Shown: piece by piece, positions 1 to 9,515 of the stretch | Layout of the letters: the number at the start of each line of letters is the position of its first letter | Numbering within the stretch: position 1 is the stretch's first letter | The notes under the pieces: generated by a model | The model's input: the letters and a program-made list of their open reading frames with translations, nothing else | The model's database searches: none | Told to the model about the DNA's origin: nothing | Translations under genes and position numbers: made by a program | Origin: a bacterium | GTDB taxonomy: Bacteria > Patescibacteriota > Minisyncoccia > Phycocordibacterales > CAIZLB01 | DNA length: 64,000 nucleotides | Reading direction: 5' to 3' | Assembly (NCBI GenBank): GCA_037127815.1 | Contig: JBAXXP010000004.1 | Span: 4,647 to 68,646 of the forward strand

Positions 1-1
1 A

Positions 2-373
2 ATGATGCTCCCACTTGGTTATACGATCGGAACGATTTTTAATGTTGCAATGCTCTGGATAATATTTGAAAGGGACTTTAGGGGGTTCACGAAGCGTACT
101 GCAATGGTTTTGGTTCACTCGCTGGGCGCTGGTGTTATAGGTGCATTCTTTGCATATATTGGTTTGAATATATTTGCATTAGTATTCAATTTAACAACTT
201 CAATGGGGGTATTTCTACAAGGATTCTTTGCTGGAATAATAGGTATTGCGGTTACAATACTAATTTATAAACTACTAGGTACCAGAGAGCTTGATGAAGT
301 CTGGGAGGCTGTAATCTCAAAGGTGAATAAAAATAAATTGATTGTTTCTGAACCGGATAACATTGAGTTCTAG
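2..373 (+). CDS. C-terminal part of a MurJ/MviN-like lipid II flippase (truncated by window edge)
   Basis: Multi-TM hydrophobic C-terminus ending in L..REL; position upstream of lepA. Family call is inference. Confidence 0.55.
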   Translation: MMLPLGYTIGTIFNVAMLWIIFERDFRGFTKRTAMVLVHSLGAGVIGAFFAYIGLNIFALVFNLTTSMGVFLQGFFAGIIGIAVTILIYKLLGTRELDEVWEAVISKVNKNKLIVSEPDNIEF

Positions 374-442
374 TATTTTTCTCATGTTTTTCTTTAGGAT
401 TTCTTGATCATAATCGTGGTTCCTGCATAGTAAAATGTGTTG

Positions 443-1105
443 ATGAAAACTTATATATTTATCGATGCCTCAAACCTCTTCTACGGATTCGATATAGAAT
501 ATGGCTGGAAAATCGACTATGAATTATTGAAGAAGTATTTAGAGAAAAAATACAATGCTATTTCTGTACTATATTTTGGAGGAATTGACATCACAATAGG
601 AATTCAGAAAAATGAGGAATATTTTTATGATTATTCTAAAAATGACACGGTAAACCTAGAGGTATTTACTCGTCACTTAAGGTGTATTTTAGAGGAGGAT
701 AAAAGACTTTCTTACGAGCAAAATAATTTCATTAAAAAGCTTATTCAGAGGGCGAAATTTTATAGCAAACTTGAGTTTTTTGGATACAAAGTTTTCTTGA
801 AACCAGTTAAACACTTTGGCGGTACTGGCCTCTCGCAAAGTAAGGCAAACTGCGATGTGGATTTAACAATAGAAGTCATGAAGAACATCAAATTATTTGA
901 TAGAGCTATCGTGATGTCAGGAGATGGGGATTTCTTGCCTTTATATAAGTACATGGAACAGCAAGGAAAAGAGGTGTTTATAATTTCTCGTACATCAAGA
1001 ACAGCAAAGGAAGTCAGACTTCACCTAGCTTCTATTAGGTTTATTGAAATCGGGACACTTAGAAAACAAATAGAATTTATTGTAATTAAAAGCAAAAATC
1101 TCTAG
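443..1105 (+). CDS. NYN domain (LabA/DUF88, PIN-like) predicted RNase
   Basis: Motifs FIDASN, KANCDVD, SGDGDFLP. Confidence 0.9.
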   Translation: MKTYIFIDASNLFYGFDIEYGWKIDYELLKKYLEKKYNAISVLYFGGIDITIGIQKNEEYFYDYSKNDTVNLEVFTRHLRCILEEDKRLSYEQNNFIKKLIQRAKFYSKLEFFGYKVFLKPVKHFGGTGLSQSKANCDVDLTIEVMKNIKLFDRAIVMSGDGDFLPLYKYMEQQGKEVFIISRTSRTAKEVRLHLASIRFIEIGTLRKQIEFIVIKSKNL

Positions 1106-1196
1106 CTATGCTAGAGATTTCCACTAGAAAGGACAAATTAATAGGCCTTTCTGCGGTGTAGTGATATAAGTATATCAAAGCCCATTTCGTTGTCAA
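1090..1196 (-). ncRNA. Putative small RNA unit convergent with the NYN gene (promoter, hairpin, terminator)
   Basis: Minus strand TTGACA(1191-1196)-16nt-TATACT(1169-1174); hairpin AGAAAGG/CCTTTCT; terminator AAATCTCTAGC-ATA-GCTAGAGATTT followed by T-rich tail. Confidence 0.55.
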
Positions 1197-1228
1197 ATAT
1201 CAGCTTTTACGATATAGTACAAGCACAA

Positions 1229-3058
1229 ATGAATCTCTCAAATATCAGAAACTTTAGTATTATTGCTCACATTGATCATGGTAAATCCACGCTGGCTGAT
1301 CGTATGCTTGAAATTACAAACACTATTGAGAAGCGTAAGATGATGAATCAGGTGCTGGATAGCATGGAACTTGAGCGTGAAAAGGGAATTACAATTAAGA
1401 TGCGTCCAGTTAGAATGGCATATAAAAATCTCGCCGAGGTGGGCGATGGACAATCTAAAGGGGGTAAACAATACGAATTAAACCTAATTGACACACCAGG
1501 TCACATTGACTTCTCATACGAGGTTTCTCGTGCACTTAAGGCTGTAGAAGGATGTATCTTGCTTGTAGATGCAACACAAGGCGTACAAGCGCAAACTTTG
1601 ACAACACTTAGGCTTGCAAGAGAAATTGGTTTAACTATTATTCCAGTCTTGAGTAAAATTGATTCACCACTTGCGCGTCCTGTTGAGATAAAAGATGAAA
1701 TGTGTAAGTTGTTGGGTTGTAAGCCGGAAGATATCTTGGGAACTTCAGGAAAAACTGGAGAGGGTGTTGAGGAGTTGTTGCAGGAAATCGTTAAAAAAAT
1801 TCCACATCCTGTTGAGGAAATAGAGAATTCACAAAGTTGTCGCGCATTAGTTTTTGACTTTCAATATTCAAATCATAAGGGTGTAATTGTTTACATTAGA
1901 GTAATGGAAGGAAGTATTAAGAAGGGTGATGAATTAGTTTTCAAAATTGCTAATGAAAAATTTACAGCACTTGATGTTGGAATTTTTACACCAGATGAAG
2001 AGTCAATAGATATATTAAATGCTGGTGAAATTGGATATATCACAACTGGTATAAAACGTCCTGGTATCGCATCGGTTGGGGACACAATTACACTTTTTAG
2101 AAAACAACTTCCTGAACTTCATGGATACATGAATCCAGCTCCTGTTGTTTGGGCTTCAGTTTATCCAGAAGACGCAGATGATTTTGAAGTTCTAAAGCAA
2201 GCACTTGGAAGACTTAAGCTTTCTGATTCCGCTTTTTCCTTTGAAGAAGAATCATCAGGCTCATTAGGACGTGGATTTAGATGTGGATTTCTTGGACTAC
2301 TTCACCTTGAAATTATTACAGAGCGTCTTAAGCGCGAGTTTAGGCTAGATCTAATCATCGCAACACCTAGCATTACCTATGAAGTTACTATGGCAAATGA
2401 AAAAGTTGTCATGGTTTATTCGCCATCATTATTTCCAGAGCATGGGCAATATAAATCTGTACGTGAACCTTGGGTTATAACAAATATTATTACCCCAGAA
2501 GCTTATGTTGGTTCAATTTATCAATTGCTTTATGATCATGAGGCAGAATTGGGGGATTCAGAAACTTTTGGAGACGGAAGGACAAAACTTGTAATTAGAA
2601 TGCCACTACGTGAGCTTATGCGTAACTTTTTTGATGAACTAAAATCTGTTTCATCGGGCTATGCTTCACTTTCATATGAATTTGAGGGAATGCGCTCTGC
2701 TGAGGTTACTAGAATGGATATTTTGGTTGCAAATGAACCTGTTGAGGCATTTACCAAAGTTATTGCTGAAAGAAGAGCTGATGAAGAGGCAAATAAGACT
2801 GTAGATAGGCTTTTTAATGTGCTACCTAAGCAAATGTTCGTTGCAAAAATCCAAGCAAAAATTAACGGAAGAATTATTGCCTCACGTACATTATCTGCCA
2901 TGACAAAAGATGTTACAGGCTATTTATATGGAGGAGATATTACTAGAAAGATGAAATTGCGCGAGAAACAAAAGAAAGGAAAGAAGAAAATGAAGGCCCG
3001 TGGAGTTGTAAATATTCCTCACGATGTATTTTTGAAGATGATGAAGACGGGGGAGTAG
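1229..3058 (+). CDS. lepA: Elongation factor 4 LepA
   Basis: IRNFSIIAHIDHGKSTLADR, LIDTPGH, GFRCGFLGLLH, KLREKQKKGKKKMK; ATG at 1229 preferred over TTG 1190. Confidence 0.97.
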   Translation: MNLSNIRNFSIIAHIDHGKSTLADRMLEITNTIEKRKMMNQVLDSMELEREKGITIKMRPVRMAYKNLAEVGDGQSKGGKQYELNLIDTPGHIDFSYEVSRALKAVEGCILLVDATQGVQAQTLTTLRLAREIGLTIIPVLSKIDSPLARPVEIKDEMCKLLGCKPEDILGTSGKTGEGVEELLQEIVKKIPHPVEEIENSQSCRALVFDFQYSNHKGVIVYIRVMEGSIKKGDELVFKIANEKFTALDVGIFTPDEESIDILNAGEIGYITTGIKRPGIASVGDTITLFRKQLPELHGYMNPAPVVWASVYPEDADDFEVLKQALGRLKLSDSAFSFEEESSGSLGRGFRCGFLGLLHLEIITERLKREFRLDLIIATPSITYEVTMANEKVVMVYSPSLFPEHGQYKSVREPWVITNIITPEAYVGSIYQLLYDHEAELGDSETFGDGRTKLVIRMPLRELMRNFFDELKSVSSGYASLSYEFEGMRSAEVTRMDILVANEPVEAFTKVIAERRADEEANKTVDRLFNVLPKQMFVAKIQAKINGRIIASRTLSAMTKDVTGYLYGGDITRKMKLREKQKKGKKKMKARGVVNIPHDVFLKMMKTGE

Positions 3059-3087
3059 TTTGTGATGGAATGTTAATTGTAGGTGAT

Positions 3088-3158
3088 TTAATCGTATCAA
3101 AAGCTGTACTTAATCGTATCAAAATGATACGATTAAGCTACTAAAATGATACGATTAA
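3088..3158. promoter_or_regulatory. Four-copy TTAATCGTATCA operator-like array upstream of the Fic gene
   Basis: Forward copies at 3088 and 3110, inverted copies at 3125 and 3147 (22-bp spacing). Confidence 0.7.
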
Positions 3159-3189
3159 TTAATAATGGATTAAAATCAAATAAAACAAT

Positions 3190-4221
3190 ATGACAAACGA
3201 AATTCTTGAATTTTTGATCAAAGGTGGTGTTTTTTCAGTATCAGAGATATACGAATACATAATAACTAAAGAGGTGACGTCAGCCGTTTCTGTAAAGAGA
3301 CTTCTTTCAAAGTTGGTGGTGCAGGGTTTTTTAATCAAATCTGGAAAAGGTAGGTCTGTTAAATATCAAATATCAACTCTTGGACGCCTAAATTTGGAAA
3401 TTGATATTGAAAAATATTGTAGTATTGAGGTGGACAAAAGAGTTGGTCTTCGCGATTATAATTTTGAACTGTTTGATTCGCTACCAGAAAGTTTTTTTTC
3501 TAAGGAGGAAATTAAGGAACTAGATTCTGCAAGTAAAAAATATCATAAAAAAATTCTAAATGTTTCTGAAGTAATTCATAAAAAAGAATTAGAACGTTTC
3601 GTTATTGAACTTTCTTGGAAGTCATCCAAAATAGAAGGAAATACCTATACACTTTTGGATACAGAGAAATTACTTAAGGACGGTATCGAGGCTAAGGGAA
3701 AAACGAAAGACGAGGCTGTTATGATTATCAACCATAAAAATGCCTTTGATTTCATATATAAAAATAAAAATATGTTTAAGGAGGTTTCTGTATCAAAAAT
3801 AGAAGATGTACATAAGATTTTGATAAAGGATCTGGGTGTTACAAACAACCTAAGGTCAAACCCCGTTGGAGTTTTGGGTTCAAAGTATAAACCCTTGGAT
3901 AATAAATTTCAAATTGAGGAATCGGCAGAAAAATTATGTAAAGCTATATCTAAAATGGCTGATGTCTATAGTAAGGCGCTTTTCTTGATTATTGGGATAA
4001 GTTATATACAACCTTTTGAAGACGGCAATAAAAGAACCTCTAGGCTCATGGGGAATGCTATATTACTTACATATGGTTTGGCTCCACTATCATATAGGAT
4101 TGTTGATGAAGAAACATACAGGGAGTCGGTAATGGTTTTTTATGAGCTAAATTCCATAGCATCATTCAAGAAAATATTTTTTGAGCAATATATTTTCTCA
4201 ACAGAAAATTACTTGATTTAA
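3190..4221 (+). CDS. Fic family protein with N-terminal winged-HTH-like region
   Basis: SSKIEGN inhibitory-helix motif; QPFEDGNKRTSR Fic loop variant. Confidence 0.9.
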   Translation: MTNEILEFLIKGGVFSVSEIYEYIITKEVTSAVSVKRLLSKLVVQGFLIKSGKGRSVKYQISTLGRLNLEIDIEKYCSIEVDKRVGLRDYNFELFDSLPESFFSKEEIKELDSASKKYHKKILNVSEVIHKKELERFVIELSWKSSKIEGNTYTLLDTEKLLKDGIEAKGKTKDEAVMIINHKNAFDFIYKNKNMFKEVSVSKIEDVHKILIKDLGVTNNLRSNPVGVLGSKYKPLDNKFQIEESAEKLCKAISKMADVYSKALFLIIGISYIQPFEDGNKRTSRLMGNAILLTYGLAPLSYRIVDEETYRESVMVFYELNSIASFKKIFFEQYIFSTENYLI

Positions 4222-4249
4222 GATAATAGTTATACATCACTATTCATAG

Positions 4250-4450
4250 TCCTTTCCTGCCTCCCATGTTAAAATATATAGTAAATATACATTGAAAGCA
4301 GGAGCACTTACTTTGGATGTTAAGGCAATAAATGCTAGTGGTTCTTCCATTGATAAAAAAATAAACACAGTAACAGAAAAGGATCAAACAAGTAAAAATA
4401 CAGAAAAAGTACCTCTTTTTCAAAGAGTGTGGAATTGGTTCATGAAATAA
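4250..4450 (+). pseudogene. Start-less reading frame, probable C-terminal gene remnant
   Basis: Open frame without an N-terminal ATG, ending VPLFQRVWNWFMK*. Confidence 0.3.
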
Positions 4451-4601
4451 CTTATAATCAAATTATAGACCTCTAGACAATACAGGTATATAAAGAAGAA
4501 TCATTGAGATTATGATTAGGACACAAATAATACCCCATATAATCTTTACTGTTTTTTGGTGTTTTGGATTAAGAAACATATAGTCTATAATATACCAGTA
4601 A

Positions 4602-4985
4602 ATGAAAGAATTTCAACAAGAAAACGATAGAAAAGACAAAATATACTCTAAATGGGCTTTACTTGTACTTTTGATAATGATTATCCTTGTAATAAAGGGT
4701 CTTATTAGCATGTCTATTAAACAACGAGAAAGTGGGGAAGAGAAAAAACTGGTCGATATTAAAAGAGCTGAACTTCAGGAAAGGTATGATGTTTTGTCGG
4801 AAAAGGTTAATGAATTAAAAACTGATCAAGGGATGGAAAGGGAGATAAGGTCCAAATTTGATGTAGTTAAGCCTGGTGAGAGTGTAATTATGGTTGTGGA
4901 CAAGGAGGTTTCAGCACCAATCCCTGTAGAAACTAGCATTATCAAAAAACTGTGGAATGGTGTTGTTGGGGTCTTCAAGAAATAG
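4602..4985 (+). CDS. Septum formation initiator (FtsB/DivIC-like)
   Basis: TM helix, coiled coil, EREIRSKFDVVKPGE. Confidence 0.85.
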   Translation: MKEFQQENDRKDKIYSKWALLVLLIMIILVIKGLISMSIKQRESGEEKKLVDIKRAELQERYDVLSEKVNELKTDQGMEREIRSKFDVVKPGESVIMVVDKEVSAPIPVETSIIKKLWNGVVGVFKK

Positions 4986-5009
4986 ACTCAGTGGTATATA
5001 ATATCTATT

Positions 5010-5246
5010 ATGAAAATAATGATTTACAGCACGCCATCATGTACATTTTGTGTAATGGCCAAGGATTTTTTAAAAGCAAACAATATCCCATTTGAAGAAT
5101 TTAATGTTGCAGCTGATTTGGAAAAGCGCAAAGAGATGATTGAGAAGACTGGCCAGATGGGAGTTCCAGTTATAGATATTGATGGATCAGTTTTGATTGG
5201 TTTCGATAAGCAATTGATTGCACAGAAGGTTGGTATTAAAATTTAA
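5010..5246 (+). CDS. Glutaredoxin/NrdH-like redoxin
   Basis: YSTPSCTFC and GQMGVPVI motifs. Confidence 0.9.
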   Translation: MKIMIYSTPSCTFCVMAKDFLKANNIPFEEFNVAADLEKRKEMIEKTGQMGVPVIDIDGSVLIGFDKQLIAQKVGIKI

Positions 5247-5272
5247 TCGTTATAAAATAATAAAAGTAAAAT

Positions 5273-5800
5273 ATGAAAAAAATATTATACGCAGTTATCA
5301 TAATCGCAATAATTTTATTAGCGGTATACATAGTTAAATATAGATCAGATAAAGATGATGTGGTGGGAACGCCAATAACTTCTAATCTAGAGGTTAATTT
5401 GGCTACAACATCAGATGTTTCAGTTAAAGACACTACGGTGACTGCACCAAGTACAGATATTAAAAATAATTCTACAAAAAATATGGATACAGAAAAAGTT
5501 TCAAAAGCCGGAGATACATTAACAGTTAACTATGTTGGTACACTTGAGAATGGAACAAAATTTGATAGTTCAATTGATAGAGGTACACCATTTAAGTTTG
5601 TTGTTGGTATTGGGCAAGTTATAAAAGGATGGGATGAAGGAATGGTTGGAATGAAGGTTGGGGAGAAGAAGCGTCTTGTTATCCCTGGAGAGAAGGCTTA
5701 TGGATCAAGAGGTATTCCTGATGGTAATGGGGGATACATGATTCCACCAAATGCAACTTTGATTTTTGAAGTTGAGATGTTGGGAATAGAGAGTAAATAA
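5273..5800 (+). CDS. FKBP-type peptidyl-prolyl isomerase with N-terminal membrane anchor
   Basis: [36 protein letters not shown]. Confidence 0.95.
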   Translation: MKKILYAVIIIAIILLAVYIVKYRSDKDDVVGTPITSNLEVNLATTSDVSVKDTTVTAPSTDIKNNSTKNMDTEKVSKAGDTLTVNYVGTLENGTKFDSSIDRGTPFKFVVGIGQVIKGWDEGMVGMKVGEKKRLVIPGEKAYGSRGIPDGNGGYMIPPNATLIFEVEMLGIESK

Positions 5801-5885
5801 AGTAGGAGAATAGGAAAGTAGTGGAATGGTGATGATACGATTTTAGCTTGAATAAATTATAAATCTACCTTCACTGTTCTACGCC

Positions 5886-5957
5886 GCCGCCATAGTTCAA
5901 TGGATAGAACAGTCCCGTCCTAAGGGATTGATGTGGGTTCGATTCCTGCTGGTGGCA
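5886..5957 (+). tRNA. tRNA-Arg(CCT)
   Basis: Cloverleaf GCCGCCA/TGGTGGC, anticodon loop GTCCTAA, GGTTCGATTCC. Confidence 0.92.
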
Positions 5958-6117
5958 CAGAATTAACGAAGTGAATTTTGGGACGACAAGCAAGCCGATA
6001 CTTCGGCTTGCGGGCAGGAATCGAAAAGGTTCTCCCGTATTTTCGAGAAGCGAGCTTTGAGAAAATGGGAAACCTGTACTGGTCTCGTAGAGACCGATTC
6101 CTGCTGGTGGCACAGAA
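5940..6117 (+). repeat. 23-bp direct repeat of the tRNA-Arg 3' end enclosing a hairpin-rich insert
   Basis: CGATTCCTGCTGGTGGCACAGAA at 5940 and 6095; inverted GCAGGAATCGAA inside. Confidence 0.85.
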
Positions 6118-6123
6118 CTCAAT

Positions 6124-6207
6124 AAAGGTATATCTGAGGATACGCCAATTCTCTGCTAAGAATTGGCTCTGCTTACTGCCGTTCGCAAGTTCCTCAGATA
6201 CACCTTT
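6124..6207. repeat. Structured repeat copy 1 (outer stem, TGCT-loop stem, CTGCTyrCTGCmryTCGCAAG core)
   Basis: AAAGGTATATCTGAGGA / TCCTCAGATACACCTTT outer arms; core shared with 32418 and 58886. Confidence 0.75.
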
Positions 6208-6260
6208 GTTTCATTGGAGATTATACAAATGCATGGTTTTGGGTTAGTATTATCAACAAC

Positions 6261-7343
6261 ATGTTTAAATGTAAACCACAAAAAGAATACGCACTGATTG
6301 ATGCTGGAAATAGCTTCAAATTAGAAAGATATGGAGAATATCTAATTGCAAGACCAGATCCTCAAGCACTGTGGCCTAAGGCTGTTTATAGCGCCCTGTC
6401 TGCCGTTGTAAAGATAAATAATGATAACATCAACCTTTGGCCTAACATTGATGCTGTGTTTGCTAAGGGAGGGTTTGGAGGCTCAAGTGGGCGTGGTTCT
6501 TCGTCTTCATCTTCTGCTCAAACGGATGATGATAATGACATTGGTAATTGGATTAAGACAAGAGCTATCCCTGAAAAATGGCCTATTAAGTTTGAGATGG
6601 GAGATGGCCTTCCTGCATTAAACATATATGCAAGATTGACTCCATTTAAGCATACTGGAATTTTTCCAGAACAGTTTACAAACTGGAAGTGGTCAATGGA
6701 ATTGATTAATAAAGCAATGGAAAATGACACTGCAGGTGCTGAGGCAAAATTCACAAAAGAAAACCCACCAAAAATATTAAATCTTTTTGGATATTCTGGT
6801 GCTGCAACTGTGGCTTGTCTTTTGGCAGGAGCTCATGTTACTCACGTTGATTCATCAAAGGGGGCTGTAACTTGGGCAAATGAGAATGCAGAACTAGCCG
6901 GAGTATTGGACAAACCAGTTAGATGGATTTTGGAAGATGCTGTTTCATTTATTAAGAAAGAAATTAGAAGAGGAAATAAGTATGATGGAATAATCCTAGA
7001 TCCTCCAGCTTTTGGGCGAGGTGCACAGGGTGAGGTTTGGAAAATCGAAAGAGATTTTTTACCATTCCTAGAATTGATTTTTGAATTACTTTCAGATAAA
7101 GCGTTGTTTGTTATTCTTAACGGTTATGCTGCTGGATATTCATCTATTGCGTATTCACAGAACTTTAGAAATCTTATTGCAAAAAGAGGTGGGGAAGTTG
7201 AACATGGTGAATTGTGTATTGAGCAAGATTTGAACGATTTTAAGAAGATGATGGATGGTGCTACTGTGGGCATGGATACATCGTCAAAACTTGACCCAAT
7301 AGTACTTCCATGTGGAATTGTAGCTCGCTGGAAAAGTCTCTAG
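6261..7343 (+). CDS. Class I SAM-dependent methyltransferase (RlmI/RlmK-like)
   Basis: LNLFGYSG, VDSS, IILDPPAFGRG. Confidence 0.9.
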   Translation: MFKCKPQKEYALIDAGNSFKLERYGEYLIARPDPQALWPKAVYSALSAVVKINNDNINLWPNIDAVFAKGGFGGSSGRGSSSSSSAQTDDDNDIGNWIKTRAIPEKWPIKFEMGDGLPALNIYARLTPFKHTGIFPEQFTNWKWSMELINKAMENDTAGAEAKFTKENPPKILNLFGYSGAATVACLLAGAHVTHVDSSKGAVTWANENAELAGVLDKPVRWILEDAVSFIKKEIRRGNKYDGIILDPPAFGRGAQGEVWKIERDFLPFLELIFELLSDKALFVILNGYAAGYSSIAYSQNFRNLIAKRGGEVEHGELCIEQDLNDFKKMMDGATVGMDTSSKLDPIVLPCGIVARWKSL

Positions 7344-7393
7344 TCTTATGATATAGTTGTACCTGGCTGTGTAATAGTATTAAAATTCAAAAT

Positions 7394-7690
7394 ATGGATG
7401 AATACATTGAAGAAGAAATTAAAGAAATAAGCGAAAGATTAGAGAAGCTTGAGAACATGTCTAAAGATAATAGTGTAATGCTAAAATATCTTTATCGTGC
7501 GTATCGTTTATCTTATGCTATTTCTATAATTAAATGGGTAGTAATAATAGGGTTCACTTTGGGTGCCTTTTATTTTCTTCAACCATATCTTGAAAGTGTT
7601 ATGAAGTTATATGGTAGTGTAAATTCTTTGACGGGAGGGGTTGAAAATAATGGAGGAATTGATATCCTTAAGGCGTTGAAGAATATATAG
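7394..7690 (+). CDS. Hypothetical single-TM protein
   Basis: Coiled N-terminus plus one TM helix; host-like codon usage. Confidence 0.75.
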   Translation: MDEYIEEEIKEISERLEKLENMSKDNSVMLKYLYRAYRLSYAISIIKWVVIIGFTLGAFYFLQPYLESVMKLYGSVNSLTGGVENNGGIDILKALKNI

Positions 7691-7713
7691 TAAGTTGAAG
7701 GTTTGATAGTTAT

Positions 7714-7789
7714 GCCGAGATAGCTCAGTTGGTAGAGCATTTCCCTGAAGAGGAAGGGGTCGCCGGTTCGAATCCGGCTCTCGGCACCA
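7714..7789 (+). tRNA. tRNA-Phe(GAA)
   Basis: GCCGAGA/TCTCGGC, loop CTGAAGA, encoded CCA. Confidence 0.95.
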
Positions 7790-7871
7790 AATGTAAGGCA
7801 AGAAAAAATCGCCCGTCCCCAAGTGGGGCCGGGCGATTTGAGTTGTTTTGGGGATTGAACCCGGGTGGTTG

Positions 7872-8600
7872 TTACCACCCGTGCCGTTGTTGGCGATACC
7901 CATATGGAGGGCATCCGCCATATTGTTGCGGATATGGCTGGACGACAATTACTTGCCTCCGTTGTTGCTGATAGTAGTTGCCACCCCAGGAATGCTGTGG
8001 ATACTGCTGTTGATAGCAGTTTCCACCCCAAGGTTGAAGACCACGAGGGTCTCGGTATGGGGGAGTGAAGCCGATGTTAATCAGCGACCCATTAATTTGC
8101 CAACCACCTGAACGGCGTTGTGGTGCTTCTTGCACCACCTCCTCTTGCTGTGGCGCTTGCACTTCTGCAAGCATCAGCCTGTTACCACAGTTTTCCTTCC
8201 ATGCCTGCTGAGTTTGACGATCGTACATGATCACCAACCCTACTGGCACGTTTTGAACCATGGCACGATTACCGCCCATATCATTGACCATTGGTCCGCG
8301 TGGACCAAAGACTTCCGACCATAAGATCCTAACGGATCCAGGAGTCGGTGATTTGGGTTGGTTGCCGAAGCAACTGGCGCTGACATATTGACCCACAGCA
8401 TATTGCTGGGGAGCAGGCTGTCTGCGTTGTTGTTGAGCATAACCACCTTGCGGTGGCGCCATGACGCAGGAGGTGAGTCCTGATGCCACAGCAAGACTTA
8501 CGATAGCTGCGAACATTAGCTTTGCAGCCAATGCCCTGCTGATTGGATTCATGACATTCCACACGGTGGTGGAGACGAGTATTGTGTTCATCTTTTTCAT
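7872..8600 (-). CDS. Hypothetical Gln/Tyr/Pro-rich putative lipoprotein (ORFan)
   Basis: Hydrophobic stretch then LTSC lipobox-like; elevated GC; own promoter at 8741-8769 and hairpin at 7807-7839. Confidence 0.75.
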   Translation of the reverse strand: MKKMNTILVSTTVWNVMNPISRALAAKLMFAAIVSLAVASGLTSCVMAPPQGGYAQQQRRQPAPQQYAVGQYVSASCFGNQPKSPTPGSVRILWSEVFGPRGPMVNDMGGNRAMVQNVPVGLVIMYDRQTQQAWKENCGNRLMLAEVQAPQQEEVVQEAPQRRSGGWQINGSLINIGFTPPYRDPRGLQPWGGNCYQQQYPQHSWGGNYYQQQRRQVIVVQPYPQQYGGCPPYGYRQQRHGW

Positions 8601-8907
8601 CTGGTTTTGGTGTTGAGCAGATATTATCTAGCTAACCTCTGTTAACTAAGTAATATCTGCCCAAAAGCCATAAAAATGTAGAGATGAATGACAATACTTC
8701 CTATCAGGAATCCGACGAAACTAATCAAAGAACTGTATATATTATAGTACTATTACACTGTTTTGTCAAGCATGCAAGGCGAGCTTGGTTTGGTGTTCTT
8801 GTTGGGCTGTAAGATAGAGCCTAAAATGGGTTGATATGATAATGCGGCGCAAGGCAAAGCCTTGCGCCGCATCGAAACTCGTCAAAATCAGGGTTTATAT
8901 ACACAAA

Positions 8908-9381
8908 TTACCTGACCTCAGAATTTGTCTTCATAATGGATTCAAAAGCCTCCAGAACGTATTGTGACAAATTAGTATCTCTTAGGTGAGGCTCATAGAT
9001 TGCAAAATCAGCCGTTATCATCTTCAGACAATTTTCTGCAGTAGAATCCCAGACTATCTGAAACAGGATGTTGCCTAAGTTCATTCCATGTTCAGTAAAG
9101 ACAGGTCTCTTTGTTGCAGCCTTTATCCTGTAGGTGTACGTTGTGGGTAACTTTTTCCCGCTAGAATTTTGAATATTGATATCAATCCAGCTCTCCCAAA
9201 GCAAAAACCATATGCCAAATTTTCCTTCAATAATCTCGATAGTAATTGTTGCTTTATTTATATCGAGCCCCAATTCTTTTTCTAATTCGTCTCCGCAGTC
9301 TTCTGACCCAATAATTTGCCATTCTGCATCAGGTGCAGTAAATGGCTTCACCATAGACTTTAATGTACTTTCAGTTGTCAT
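8908..9381 (-). CDS. Hypothetical protein (ORFan)
   Basis: 157-aa ORF, A/C-rich leader, hairpin TGCGGCGCAAGGC-AAA-GCCTTGCGCCGCA downstream. Confidence 0.7.
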   Translation of the reverse strand: MTTESTLKSMVKPFTAPDAEWQIIGSEDCGDELEKELGLDINKATITIEIIEGKFGIWFLLWESWIDINIQNSSGKKLPTTYTYRIKAATKRPVFTEHGMNLGNILFQIVWDSTAENCLKMITADFAIYEPHLRDTNLSQYVLEAFESIMKTNSEVR

Positions 9382-9450
9382 TGTTTGTTGTTCTTTCTCG
9401 GTGAGAGATTAACATGCTTATATTTAAATAACAACAAAAAAAGAATGAAA

Positions 9451-9488
9451 AATTTGGGGTCAGGCACTGTGGTGCCTGACCCCAAATT
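9451..9488. repeat. REP-like palindrome copy 1
   Basis: AATTTGGGGTCAGGCACTGTGGTGCCTGACCCCAAATT. Confidence 0.85.
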
Positions 9489-9515
9489 TCATTCTTCAAT
9501 CTTTTACTGTTTGTG

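Noticed and set aside
1190-1228. TTG start extension of lepA
   Set aside because: Homology begins at MNLSNIRNF (ATG 1229); the extension overlaps the antisense promoter.
3088-3158. Possible mini-CRISPR or iteron origin
   Set aside because: Units are 12-15 bp, two are inverted, and spacers are 10 bp or less; this fits an operator better.
5871-6247. ORFs 5871..6122(-) and 5978..6247(+)
   Set aside because: They overlap tRNA-Arg and structured repeats; shadow frames.
7579-8562. Several overlapping short ORFs around tRNA-Phe and the Gln-rich gene
   Set aside because: By-product of locally higher GC; only 7872..8600(-) has a promoter, leader and terminator.
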